Positions 35,746 to 47,200 of a stretch of 64,000 nt of DNA are shown piece by piece. The translations under genes were made by a program, and so were the position numbers. The stretch spans positions 9,842-73,841 of IMG/VR virus record IMGVR_UViG_3300035498_000844; one strand, written 5' to 3'. How positions within the stretch are numbered: the first letter of the stretch is position 1; each line of letters begins with the position of its first letter. The notes under the pieces were generated by a model. It had not been told where the DNA came from and ran no database searches. It saw nothing but the letters and a program-made list of their open reading frames with translations. Source of the stretch: a virus (Duplodnaviria > Caudoviricetes).

Positions 35746-38700
35746 ATGGCTAATAATAATATCAATTTTGGTATTCGTTATACTGTTGATAAAGCTAGTT
35801 TAAATGAAATTAAGTCTTCATTACAATCATTACAAAAGTTAACCACAAGTGATTTAATGAATTTAAACAAAAGCATGGACTTACCTTCAGCAAAGGCACA
35901 ATTAGCTCAAATTAAACAAACTGCTAAAGAAGTAGGAGATGCTTTAGATCGTTCATTTAATACTAATTTAGGAACTCTTAATATATCTAAATTTAACCAA
36001 GAATTAAAAAGTTTAGATATTAATAGAATATATAATGATTTTAATTCTGCGGGAGCCGCAGGTCAAAGTGCATTTAGAAATATAACATCTCAAATCTTAA
36101 CTACTAATATGCAATTAAAGCAGACACATAGTTTATTAGATAATATGGCTACGACAATGGCTAATACTATTAAATGGGGCGTTGCTTCTGGGGCAATGAA
36201 TAAGTTATCTGGATCTGTACAGGAAGCATATTATTATATTAAAGATTTAGATAGTTCATTAAATGATATTAGAATCGTAACAAATAAGTCTTCTGATGAT
36301 ATGGCGGAATTTGCAGCTCAAGCAAATAAAGCTGCGAAAGCATTAGGGCAGTCTACTACTAATTATACAGACGCTTCATTGATTTATTATCAGCAAGGTT
36401 TAAGTGATGAAGAAGTTGCAGCTAGAACAGAAGTAACATTAAAGACAGCTAACGTTACTAAGCAAAGCACAGATGACGTTTCAGAAGAATTAACCGCAGT
36501 ATGGAACGGTTATAAAGTTAATGCACAAGAAGCGGAATTATATGTAGATAAATTAGCAGCAGTTGCTGCAAGTACAGCATCTAACCTAGAAGAATTATCT
36601 AAAGGTATGAGTAAAGTAGCATCTGCGGCAGCCGCAATGGGCGTTGGAGAAGATCAATTAGCAGCGCAGCTATCTACAATTATTGCTGTTACAAGACAGG
36701 CTCCAGAATCTGTTGGTACTGCATTAAAGACTATTTATGCTCGTATGACAGATATTCAAGCAGGTGTAGATGAAGAGGGAGCTACATTAGGCACTTATTC
36801 TGGGCAAATGGCGAAAATGGGTGTTAATGTACTTGATGCTACAGGCAGTCTTCGTGATATGGGCGATGTTATTGAAGAAATTGGTGAAAAATGGTCTACT
36901 TATAGTCGTGAGCAACAAGTATACTTAGCAAGAACTATGGCTGGCACGCGCCAATATAATAATTTAATTGCATTATTTGATAACTGGGATCAATATACAG
37001 ATACATTGAAAGTTGCGCAAGATGCAACAGGAACTCTCCAAGAACAACAGGATATATATATGGAGAGTACGGAAGCTCATTTAAAAAGAACTAAGGCAGA
37101 ATGGGAAGATTTAGTTGATTCTTTTGCAAATGCTGATACTGTGAATGTATTTTCTGATCTAAGTTCAGAAGTTTTGCATTTAACTACTTCTTTAGTAGAT
37201 GGAATAGGCGGCGGCGGAAACGCACTTTTAGCTCTTGGATCTATTGCTACTCAAGTATTTAGTAAGCAAATCGCTCAAGGACTTGCTACTACTATTCAAA
37301 ATTTTCAAAAGGTAAGAAGTAATGCAGAACAATTGAATGCTCAATTTGAATTATTGCAGCAATTTAAAGGAATTAAAATTAATGATGAAGCTACAAATAA
37401 ATTAATTAATATGAAGCAGCAAATTATTAATTTAAGTTCAATTGCAACCACAGAACAACAGAATGAAGCTAATGAAATGATTAAGGCTACAAACGAGCTG
37501 TATAATCAAAGAGATGCGTGGGAAGAAAAAAAGCGATCTACAGAAGAGTACATTGGTTTAATTCGCGTTGAAAAAGATATAAATATTGATCTTTTTGACC
37601 AAGAAAATCAACCAACTGAGACTACTATTGATCAATTAAAAATATATAATGAACAGATAGAACGAGAAATTGAAGTAAATAAAAAACATAAAGAAGAAAT
37701 TAAAGCTGTATCAAATGCTATGAAAAATTTATCAAGTGCAAATCAAGAATTAATTAATATAAAAAAAGATTCTCAAAGCACTGATGAACAACAAACACAA
37801 GCTATAGAAAATCAGAAAAAAGCTTTAAATGAATTGACGCTTTCAATAGAAGATATAGAAGTAAATTATGATGAGTTAAATAGCATTGGAAGAATTTCTT
37901 CTGAAGAGGCTCTTAAAATTGCGAAAAGATATCATGAAGCAATGCAAAAATATAAAGAGGCTCTTGTAGCTGGTAATGAAAATGAAATAAGAAATTCTGC
38001 ACAAAATGTAGCAAATATTTATTCTAAATTGATTGATCAATTAATTTCTGAGGGTATCATTGCTAGTAATACTATAAAAGGTCAAATAAATGGTAATACA
38101 GAAACATTTGAAAATGCAATAATAAATGCTGAAAATGAATATCGAAAATTTATAAATAATATCGCTTTAATTCAACAGATTCAACAAACAATTCAATTAA
38201 TTAGTTCAATAGGAATGCTTTCTTCTAATATTTTATCTTTAAAGAATATTTGGAAGACTTGGAATGATGAATCTTTATCAGGTAGTGAAAAATTATTGCA
38301 AACATTAAGCTCTCTTGGAATGGCTCTTCCAATGATAGTTGCTAATTTTGGTAATTTAAGCACAGGAGTGATTAAATTGGCTACGGCTATGGGAATGGTA
38401 ACTACTGGAACGGTAGAATTAAAAACTGCTTTAACATTCTTAGGAACAAGTACTGTCTTAGGTCCTTTAGCTCTTATTACTGCAGCTATAGTAGGAATTA
38501 CTGCGGCATATAATTATTTTACTGTTACAGAAAAAGAAGCTAAAAAAGCTCAGGAAGATTTAACAAAATCTATACAAGAAAGTAATTCTGCATTACAAGA
38601 ATATAATAAAAATTTATCTTTATTATCAAATAATGGTGTCAATGCAAACAGTGAATTATCAAAAGAATTTGAAAGATTATCTGAAGGTGTTTCTAAATAT

Positions 38701-41700
38701 GGCGAAAATATTAGTCTATCTGCGGATGAATATAAACGTTATCAAGAAATCGTTAATCAACTTGTTGGCATCTCTGATTCTATTGTGATAGGATATAATA
38801 ATGAAGGACAGGCTATTATTGATAAAACAACTGCATTAAAAGATCTTATAAAATATGAGCAAGAAGAAAGACTTCAATCAATGCAATTTTCTGGAGAAAA
38901 AGGAGATACGGAAAAAGAACTTCTTAAAAGTGCTAATGCCGTTTCCAAAAAGAAAAAAGAATCTCAAGAAATAGATGTTGATGCAGCTATTACAGCAAGA
39001 AAACAAATTAATAAGCCAGAAAATTTAGTTAATCAAAATATTGAAGAATATGCTAATTCATTAAAAAATTTAACTGATTTATTTCATGGTGCAGTGTCTA
39101 GTGCAGATAAATTTTCAAATGAATTAAATATTATTAATACTATTGTTGGAAGTAATAAACTAGAAGATATTAAAGAAATTAATTATCAAGATTTTAAAAA
39201 TAGTCTTGATAAAATAGAAAAAGACTTTAAATATCAATTACGAAAAGGTTTAATTAGTCAAGATACTTATGATGAATATATAGATAATATAACAAAAATT
39301 AATGAATCTTATTCAGAAGAAGCTTTTAATAATATGCAAGAAAGCATTTCTTTATCCTTAGAGGATAATATAAAAGAAATGCAACTTGTTTATAAAAACT
39401 ATGCAAATATATTAGAAAGATCTTTTGCTACAGAGAGTGGAGCTGCCTGGACAAAAATTCAAAATATGGGTTTTGGTTCACAATTTAAGCAATATTTAAA
39501 CAATTTAAAAATAGATTCAGAAGAGGGCTACAAGAAAGCCTATGAGGATATAGAAAGTAATTATACTAAATTTATTGATGGATTACAAAGTTTAGAGTTA
39601 GCAAAAGCAGGCGGAATATTTGATGAAAGTCAATATGATAGCTATGCAGAGTATATCCAAGGAATAACTAAATATCTTAGTGACCATCCAGAAGTTACTA
39701 GCCAAGTTCTTGATATTGCTTTTGGACTAACATTTGAAATTAAAGATGATAATATTAAAATCGCTGATAAAGAAATTGAAGATATAAAAGAAAGAATACA
39801 AAAACAAATAAATACTTCTGGTGAAGATATAAATTTTGATGAAGTTTGGGAATATTTATCTAATAATTTTTCAAGTGATGAAATTAATAAAATTCTTGAA
39901 AAGGGAATTAATATTAATTGGAAGGATATTCTTGCAAGTGAGACTTCTAAAAATCAGGCTACTGCAGTTATTAAAGAAATTTTAAGTCAAGCTGTAGGAA
40001 CTACTGTTGATGAAACAGAGATAACTGATGCTGATTTAGAGGGTTTGGGCGCTACAACTAAAAAGAAAATAACAGAACTCAAAGAAGAAATTTCTGATTA
40101 TGCTAAATATTTACAAGAAGCTGCAAAAGAATCTGATAAAATTGATGATAGCTTAGAAAATAATGCAACTGCCGCAAAAAAAGTTGCAATTGCCAATACT
40201 CGTTTAAATAAAGGTCTTGAAGATTTACAAAAGAATTTTGAAGGGTATAAAGATAGCTTACAAAACAGTGAAAAGGGAACCGCTGAGTACGCAAAAGCAT
40301 TAAATGAACTAAAAGATGACATGGCTAATGTTTTAAATCTTAGTAGTGGAGACGTTCTTTCAAATGATTTTTTTGAGGGTGAACAAGGCGTACAAAATTT
40401 AAAAGATATTGAAGCTGCGGCTAATGGTGATATTGAAGCTATTGAAAGATTAAGAAAAGCGGCTTCGGAAGATATAGTTCAACAGATTATTGTAAATTTA
40501 AACGATCAAAATGCTATTGATGACTTAAAATCTTTAACTAATACATTAGAAAATTATGCTGCTAATAATAATCTTGAGATAGGAGCAAGACTTGATAATG
40601 CTAGTTTTATAGACTCTTTAAATGATATAATCAACGCTACGAAAATGACAGCTGAGCAAGCAGGAAATTACTTGAAAGCTATGGGTTATGACGCAGAGGT
40701 TTCCTATGATGAAACTAGAGTTCCTTCAACTATGCAAATGCCTAGTGTAAGATTTGCAGTTAAAGCTGATGAAAATGGGACATCTATTATTGCTGAACCA
40801 GATTTTACAGAAGTTGAATATGAACAGGTAGTTAGAACTCCAGTTGTTAAAGCATTAACCTATACAGGTTCTGCAGGTGGTACTGTAAATTATAAAAATA
40901 CCGCAGCTGGCGGCGCTACTACAAATAAGAGCAAAAAAAGTGGCGGAGGTAGTGGAAGCAAGACTAAAGAGCCTAAAAAAGAAAAAAATGTTAAAGATGA
41001 AATTGACAGATATCATGATATTAATCTTGAATTAAAAGATACTTCAGAATCTTTAAATAGAATACAAAAAGCAGAAAAGAATTTAATTGGAGAAGAACTA
41101 ATCGACAATCTAAATAAACAATTAGATATATTAGAAAAGCAAAAAAAGATTTATGAAGAAAAACTTAAATTAGAAAAAGAAGAAGCTAAGGAAATTCAAG
41201 AAGCTCTTAAAACTCAAGGAGTTCTTTTTGCAGATGGCGATTTAGGTTATATTACTAATTACACTGCTGTACTTCAAGCTAAATTAGATTATGTAAATGA
41301 TATCATTGCTCAATATAATGCAATGTCCGCAGAAGAGCAAGAAGGTTTTAAAGATACTGTAGATCAAGCTAAAGAAGATTATGAAGATTTTAAGAAGCAG
41401 ATCGAATCATATGATACTTTAATTTCAGATACTATTCCTGGACTTGAAGACGATATTCAAGATGCGGTTGATAAGCAAGTTGAAATACAAATTAAGCAAT
41501 TTACTATGGAAGTTGATGTCAGACTTGATATGGCAGAGGCTGAGAGAGATTTCAATAAGTTTAGAAAAAAAGTTATTGATAAAATTGAAGATGACGATAT
41601 TTTAGGTAACGCAAAAGCGGACTTAGATGACTTATTAACTTACTTTGATACTAATGATACTGGTATCGGACCAATCCAAAAATTAACAGATCAAGTTAAC

Positions 41701-44100
41701 GATACTTTGGACCAGTTAGAACAACTTGAAGATGGCGGAACTGCAGATGTTTATGGAAAAAATCGCGCGCAAGCATTAGAAGATTTAAAGAAATATTATG
41801 AAGAGCTAATGAATCAGTTAGAAGATGTTCAAGATTTAGTAGATCAAATTGAAGATTCATATCTTGACATGATTGATGAAGCTATTGAAAAATTTGATGA
41901 ACAAGTAGATCAATATGAATATATTAATGATTTATTAAATCATAATTTAAACGTAATTGGTTTATTATATGGCGATGATGCTTATTCAAAAATGACTCAA
42001 TATTATCAGCAGATTGAAGCTAATAATAATAAAGAATTAGATTTCTTAAAGAAACGTGTTCAATATGCTTATGATATGATGCAGGCGGAAACTGATCCAG
42101 ACGCTAAAGAAAAATGGCAAGAAGAGTGGGAAGATGCACTATCTACATTAAATAAAAAAGTTGAAGATTCTTTGCAAAATATTATTGATAAATATGTTAA
42201 TAGTATTAATGAAGTATTTGATGAATTAAATAAAAAGATTACAGATGGATTAGATTTAGACTATGTAAAAGATGAATGGGATTTAATTAATAAAAATGCA
42301 GAACAATATTTAGATACTATTAATGGAGCATATGAAATTCAAAAATTAGAGAATAAATATATAGATGCTCTTAATGACACTGATAGCTTATCTGCTCAAA
42401 AGAAATTAAATGATTTAATGACCGAACAGTTAGCAATGTTGCAAGATAAGGAAAAATTAACTCAATATGATGTTGATCGTGCAAATCAGCTTTACGAAAT
42501 TGCATTAAAAGAAATCGCGCTAGAAGAAGCACAACAAAATAAATCTACAATGAGATTGAGACGTGATTCTCAAGGTAATTATACTTATCAATATGTTGCG
42601 GATGAAGATAGCATAGCTCAAGCGCAACAAGAGCTATTAGATGCACAAAATTCTTTGTATAACCTAGACAAAGATCAGTATAAGCAAAATCTTGATGATA
42701 TTTATAGTATATATTCTGAGTTTCAACAGAAATTATTAGCCTTATATCAGGATCAGACTTTAAGTGCGGAAGATCGCGCACAAAAAGAAGCTATGTATGT
42801 TGAGCAATATGGGGAACTAATTAATGGATTAGTTGAACAAAATGAAGATATTAGAACTAATCTTCATGGCTCTGCTTTTGATTCTCTTGCAGAAATGTAT
42901 GATGTTGATGTTAAGAATTTTACTCAAATGACTGATGAAGAACAAGATACTCTTATGAATAGCTTAATTCCTCAATGGGATTCTGGAATTCAACATATGA
43001 CTGATACTTTTGCGGGAGAAGGAGGCTTTATTCCAACTTGTTCTGATGCCTTTGATCAATTAAAAGAGGTTACTGAGGATTATCAAACTTCATTAGACGA
43101 TTTAGAGCAGGCGGCAGGTGTTGATTTTGAGTCTATGGCTAATGGATATGATGAAAATATTCAAAAAGCTCAAGAATTATTATCCGCAAATGATGACTTA
43201 ATTAATAAATATAGTGAAGAGATTGATGCAATTAAAGCAGTAATTTCTCAATTAGATGATTTAATTATTCAGTATGCGGCCGCGCAAAGAGCTGCTGAAA
43301 AAGCAACTGAAGCTGCTTATGCTTACTGGCAAGCTGCGCAAGATATTGATTATGATGGAGAAGAAGAATTAGAAAGTGGATATTCTAATAGAGTATATAC
43401 TACTACTGTTGGTAGCATAAATAAAACAGTTTCTGCATCATCTTCCTCTAATTATAGTTCTAGTTCAGGTAGTAGTGATGTTAGTAAAAAAACTAAAAAT
43501 AGTAAAAAAAATAGCGATAACGATAATAATGATAATAATTGGAAAACAATTACATTATATAGCAGTTCAACAACAGATATAGGACATCCTTTGATAACAA
43601 TGGATACTAGTCAATATAATTTTACTATTCTTAATAATAGAGAAGGAAAAAATCATAGATATAGAATTGAATCTAATGATGGAGAAATTACTGGATATAC
43701 AGATACTCTTAAATGGGAAGAATATAAAAAATATGATACTGGTGGATATACCGGAGAATGGGGAGATTCAAGTGGCAAACTTGCAGTATTACACCAAAAA
43801 GAATTAGTATTAAATGACACTGATACTGAAAACTTTTTATCTGCAATTAAGATTATTAGAAATATGGATAGCTTATTAAGTTCATTAAATCAATCTGTAT
43901 TAGATAGAGCTTTTAGTTTATCATCTAATATTGGAACTGGTTTCAATGGAATTGAAAGTAATAGTTCCAATGATACTGTTGAACAGAATGTTCATATTGA
44001 AGCTTCATTCCCAAATGTAAGCGATTCTAAAGAGATTGAAAATGCATTTAATAATCTTGTTAATCGCGCAAGTCAATATGCTTATAATACACAAAGATAA
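35746..44100 (+). CDS. tail tape measure protein (~2,780 aa)
   Basis: TMP core (ASAAAAMGVGEDQLAAQLSTI..VTRQAPESVGTALKTIYARM), hydrophobic mid-region, long coiled coils, C-terminal YDTGGYTG; start at MANNN after GGAGG. Confidence 0.9.
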   Translation: MANNNINFGIRYTVDKASLNEIKSSLQSLQKLTTSDLMNLNKSMDLPSAKAQLAQIKQTAKEVGDALDRSFNTNLGTLNISKFNQELKSLDINRIYNDFNSAGAAGQSAFRNITSQILTTNMQLKQTHSLLDNMATTMANTIKWGVASGAMNKLSGSVQEAYYYIKDLDSSLNDIRIVTNKSSDDMAEFAAQANKAAKALGQSTTNYTDASLIYYQQGLSDEEVAARTEVTLKTANVTKQSTDDVSEELTAVWNGYKVNAQEAELYVDKLAAVAASTASNLEELSKGMSKVASAAAAMGVGEDQLAAQLSTIIAVTRQAPESVGTALKTIYARMTDIQAGVDEEGATLGTYSGQMAKMGVNVLDATGSLRDMGDVIEEIGEKWSTYSREQQVYLARTMAGTRQYNNLIALFDNWDQYTDTLKVAQDATGTLQEQQDIYMESTEAHLKRTKAEWEDLVDSFANADTVNVFSDLSSEVLHLTTSLVDGIGGGGNALLALGSIATQVFSKQIAQGLATTIQNFQKVRSNAEQLNAQFELLQQFKGIKINDEATNKLINMKQQIINLSSIATTEQQNEANEMIKATNELYNQRDAWEEKKRSTEEYIGLIRVEKDINIDLFDQENQPTETTIDQLKIYNEQIEREIEVNKKHKEEIKAVSNAMKNLSSANQELINIKKDSQSTDEQQTQAIENQKKALNELTLSIEDIEVNYDELNSIGRISSEEALKIAKRYHEAMQKYKEALVAGNENEIRNSAQNVANIYSKLIDQLISEGIIASNTIKGQINGNTETFENAIINAENEYRKFINNIALIQQIQQTIQLISSIGMLSSNILSLKNIWKTWNDESLSGSEKLLQTLSSLGMALPMIVANFGNLSTGVIKLATAMGMVTTGTVELKTALTFLGTSTVLGPLALITAAIVGITAAYNYFTVTEKEAKKAQEDLTKSIQESNSALQEYNKNLSLLSNNGVNANSELSKEFERLSEGVSKYGENISLSADEYKRYQEIVNQLVGISDSIVIGYNNEGQAIIDKTTALKDLIKYEQEERLQSMQFSGEKGDTEKELLKSANAVSKKKKESQEIDVDAAITARKQINKPENLVNQNIEEYANSLKNLTDLFHGAVSSADKFSNELNIINTIVGSNKLEDIKEINYQDFKNSLDKIEKDFKYQLRKGLISQDTYDEYIDNITKINESYSEEAFNNMQESISLSLEDNIKEMQLVYKNYANILERSFATESGAAWTKIQNMGFGSQFKQYLNNLKIDSEEGYKKAYEDIESNYTKFIDGLQSLELAKAGGIFDESQYDSYAEYIQGITKYLSDHPEVTSQVLDIAFGLTFEIKDDNIKIADKEIEDIKERIQKQINTSGEDINFDEVWEYLSNNFSSDEINKILEKGININWKDILASETSKNQATAVIKEILSQAVGTTVDETEITDADLEGLGATTKKKITELKEEISDYAKYLQEAAKESDKIDDSLENNATAAKKVAIANTRLNKGLEDLQKNFEGYKDSLQNSEKGTAEYAKALNELKDDMANVLNLSSGDVLSNDFFEGEQGVQNLKDIEAAANGDIEAIERLRKAASEDIVQQIIVNLNDQNAIDDLKSLTNTLENYAANNNLEIGARLDNASFIDSLNDIINATKMTAEQAGNYLKAMGYDAEVSYDETRVPSTMQMPSVRFAVKADENGTSIIAEPDFTEVEYEQVVRTPVVKALTYTGSAGGTVNYKNTAAGGATTNKSKKSGGGSGSKTKEPKKEKNVKDEIDRYHDINLELKDTSESLNRIQKAEKNLIGEELIDNLNKQLDILEKQKKIYEEKLKLEKEEAKEIQEALKTQGVLFADGDLGYITNYTAVLQAKLDYVNDIIAQYNAMSAEEQEGFKDTVDQAKEDYEDFKKQIESYDTLISDTIPGLEDDIQDAVDKQVEIQIKQFTMEVDVRLDMAEAERDFNKFRKKVIDKIEDDDILGNAKADLDDLLTYFDTNDTGIGPIQKLTDQVNDTLDQLEQLEDGGTADVYGKNRAQALEDLKKYYEELMNQLEDVQDLVDQIEDSYLDMIDEAIEKFDEQVDQYEYINDLLNHNLNVIGLLYGDDAYSKMTQYYQQIEANNNKELDFLKKRVQYAYDMMQAETDPDAKEKWQEEWEDALSTLNKKVEDSLQNIIDKYVNSINEVFDELNKKITDGLDLDYVKDEWDLINKNAEQYLDTINGAYEIQKLENKYIDALNDTDSLSAQKKLNDLMTEQLAMLQDKEKLTQYDVDRANQLYEIALKEIALEEAQQNKSTMRLRRDSQGNYTYQYVADEDSIAQAQQELLDAQNSLYNLDKDQYKQNLDDIYSIYSEFQQKLLALYQDQTLSAEDRAQKEAMYVEQYGELINGLVEQNEDIRTNLHGSAFDSLAEMYDVDVKNFTQMTDEEQDTLMNSLIPQWDSGIQHMTDTFAGEGGFIPTCSDAFDQLKEVTEDYQTSLDDLEQAAGVDFESMANGYDENIQKAQELLSANDDLINKYSEEIDAIKAVISQLDDLIIQYAAAQRAAEKATEAAYAYWQAAQDIDYDGEEELESGYSNRVYTTTVGSINKTVSASSSSNYSSSSGSSDVSKKTKNSKKNSDNDNNDNNWKTITLYSSSTTDIGHPLITMDTSQYNFTILNNREGKNHRYRIESNDGEITGYTDTLKWEEYKKYDTGGYTGEWGDSSGKLAVLHQKELVLNDTDTENFLSAIKIIRNMDSLLSSLNQSVLDRAFSLSSNIGTGFNGIESNSSNDTVEQNVHIEASFPNVSDSKEIENAFNNLVNRASQYAYNTQR

Positions 44101-44105
44101 TTTTT

Positions 44106-44136
44106 AAGGGAGAGTGTTTAACTCTCCCTTATTTTT
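44106..44136 (+). terminator. intrinsic terminator
   Basis: AAGGGAGAGT/ACTCTCCCTT plus T-tract. Confidence 0.8.
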
Positions 44137-44157
44137 GGGTGTTTATAATTAAAAAAC

Positions 44158-44186
44158 TTGACAAATATTTCATATTATGTTAGAAT
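44158..44186 (+). promoter_or_regulatory. sigmaA-type promoter
   Basis: TTGACA-17-TAGAAT; the ORF-track TTG start is actually the -35 box. Confidence 0.7.
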
Positions 44187-44214
44187 AAAGAGAGAAAAGG
44201 AGAAAAAAGAGTCT

Positions 44215-47200
44215 ATGAATACAATAGAAAACAATATATGTCAAGCTATTGATATAATAGTTCAAAAAGCAATATCTGAAGCGGAATACGATAAGACTAT
44301 CCAGGCTACTATTGTAAGCTGTGTAGATGCTACTATTGGAAAATATAAAATGAAATATCAAGATAGTACATTTTATGCGTATTCAGGTAGTTCAGAAATT
44401 ACTTACACAGAAGACTCAATTGTATATGTATTAATTCCTGGAAATAACATGAGCAAAGATAAAACTATTCTTGGGGCAGTTAAAAAACTAGGAATAAATT
44501 ATGTAACAACAACAGAAGGAGACGAGGCGTACGAAGTGGTTGGAAAAAATTGTCTTTCTTCTTCTGAAAGTTTTGGATTAAGTTCTTATAGAGAAGGAAC
44601 TTACGCAAAGATATTGTATCATAAAGATTATAGTGATGAACAAAATTTAATAACTTTAAATAAGACTGCGGTAAATGAATATATAAAAAATTCTAGTACT
44701 ATTATTTGCGGGGCAAAAATAAGAACGTCATTATCAGGAGAACAGCAGTATCGCGGTAATTATGGTATTATTTTTGCGTTAGATTTTATAGATAATACTA
44801 ATAATGAAATTGTGACAAGATATTATACTATAGATGTTGATAAAATGACAGGAAATCCATATAAATTAATCTATGAAACTAGACAATATGGAATCTTTGA
44901 AATTGATAATTCTAATTTTAAAGAAGTTAATTATATTAGCATTTTTACAAATGATTTTCCTACGAATAAACCAGAAGAAGAATGCATTGATGATATCTTT
45001 ATAAAGGATATTGAACTTTGCGGAGCGGAGCGCTTAAGCGATGATGACATTAGTAATTATAGTTTAAGTTTTGTTACTCCACAAGGGACCTATTTTGATA
45101 ATAATTCTTTAGATTCAGATATTTGCACCTTACAAGCGCAAGTCCGCGTAAAAGGAAAAGTAATAGATAATGATTCTCAATCTTTACCTTACTATTGGTT
45201 TATTGAACACGCGGGTATTACTTCTCAAAGTCAATATTATAATAAATATGGTGGACAAGGGTGGAAATGTTTAAATAATTTTAATGTGATTCAAAAAGAA
45301 ACAGACTCAGATCCTACGGTCGTAGAGTGGGTTCCCGCATCCTATGAATGGAAAATTAAAAAAAGTGATATAGGTGCAAAAGAAGTTAAGTATAAATGTG
45401 CAGTTGTATATGATGGCACCGTAATTACAAAAACTATTATTATAAAAAATTTATCTTCTGAATATGATATTATTATTGAATCTGATGGCGGAACTCAATT
45501 TTATTTTGACATAGGCTTACCAACTTTAACTTGTTTAGTTAGTGGAGAGAAAAATTCTAATTATACATATTCTTGGGGAGTTACCGATAATACGGGAACT
45601 TTTCAAAGCTTAGAAAGTAATAGCAATCAAATAAAAATAAATGTAAATACAATTACTAATTTTAGTACATATCAATGTACAGTTTATAATAAACAACTAT
45701 ATATTGGTACTGCTTCTATTGTTTTAACCAATAGTCTGGAAGCTGAAGGTGTTTATAATTTAGTTATTAATGATGGCACGTATGTTTATAAATATAATGA
45801 AAATGGAATTAGTCCAGCGAGTCAAGCGCAAGATTCTCCTATTGAAATAAAAGCATTAACTTTTAACATTTATGATAACTTAGGTAATAAAATAGATGAT
45901 GGTATTACAAGACATTGTGATATTAAATGGATCGTTCCATCTGAAAATACTTTAATTGAAATACCTAGTAGTTATCAAGCTTCCGCAGTTGATTTAATTA
46001 ATGGAACGAAAACTTATAGTAATATAATGTCTTTAAGTTATAAAATTGCGGATAGATATAATATTACCAAAACAAAAAATAATATTCAATTAATAGTAAA
46101 ATATAAAGGAATGAATTTAGTTGCTAAGACTGACTTTACTTTCGTAAAAGAAGGAGAATCTGGTACTAATGGCACTGAATTTATATGTAGAATAGTACCA
46201 AATGTCGCTAGTGGAGAAGTCGCTCCATTATATCCTACAATTACTCAATTAAGTGGCGGAACTTGGTCAATTAATTATACTCCAGTAAATAGCAATAGAT
46301 TTTTTAGAGCGCAATTATGGCATAATGAAAATAAAATATTAGATAGCGTAACTTCTACTAATTCAACAGAAGGTAAGAGTGCCAGTATAACTTGGAGTAT
46401 ATTAAAAAATAAATATACTTCATCAGTTTCAGATACAAGTGCATTAACAGTGAATGCCGCAACTGGAGTATTTGGATTTAGTAGTTTTACAAGCGAGCAT
46501 CCAGCCCATATAGTTAAAGTTATTATTGTTTATGATGATGTAACTTACTATGCAACAATGCCATTAATTACAGTTAAATTAACTAATAATAATTATAAAG
46601 TTAATTTAAAAGAAAATACTGGTTTTAGATATGCAGTTTATACATCAGATGGACAGAGTCCTAAATATGATAATAATAATCCTTTTGAATTAACAATTAC
46701 TCAAAATAATACAAATGTGAGTACTGGTGTTAGTTATACATGGAGCTATTTAGGTCGTCTCTATGAAGGCGGTAATTGGATTAATAGTATTAATATAGGA
46801 GATAGAGTTCTTAGCGGATTGGCTTCTAATCAAAAAGCAGTTAAACCATTAGATAGTTTTGATGGACAATGTGTAACTAATGCATTGCTATGTGTTATTT
46901 CTAAAGACAATACGGAGATTGCAAGAATCCACATTCCAATTCATCTTTTATTAAATAGGTATGGAAACTCTGCTATTAATGGATGGGATGGAAATAGTAT
47001 AAATATTGATGCTAATGGCGGTTTTATCTTAGCTCCGCAAGTTGGCGCAGGTATTAAAGAAACAGACAATAGTTTTACTGGCGTCGTAATGGGTAAAGTT
47101 AAAGAGAGTGGTCAATCTAAAGAAGATATAGGTTTAATTGGTTATTCTAAGGGAACTAGAAGTATCTTTTTAGATGCAGAAACTGGAAAAGCTACTTTTG

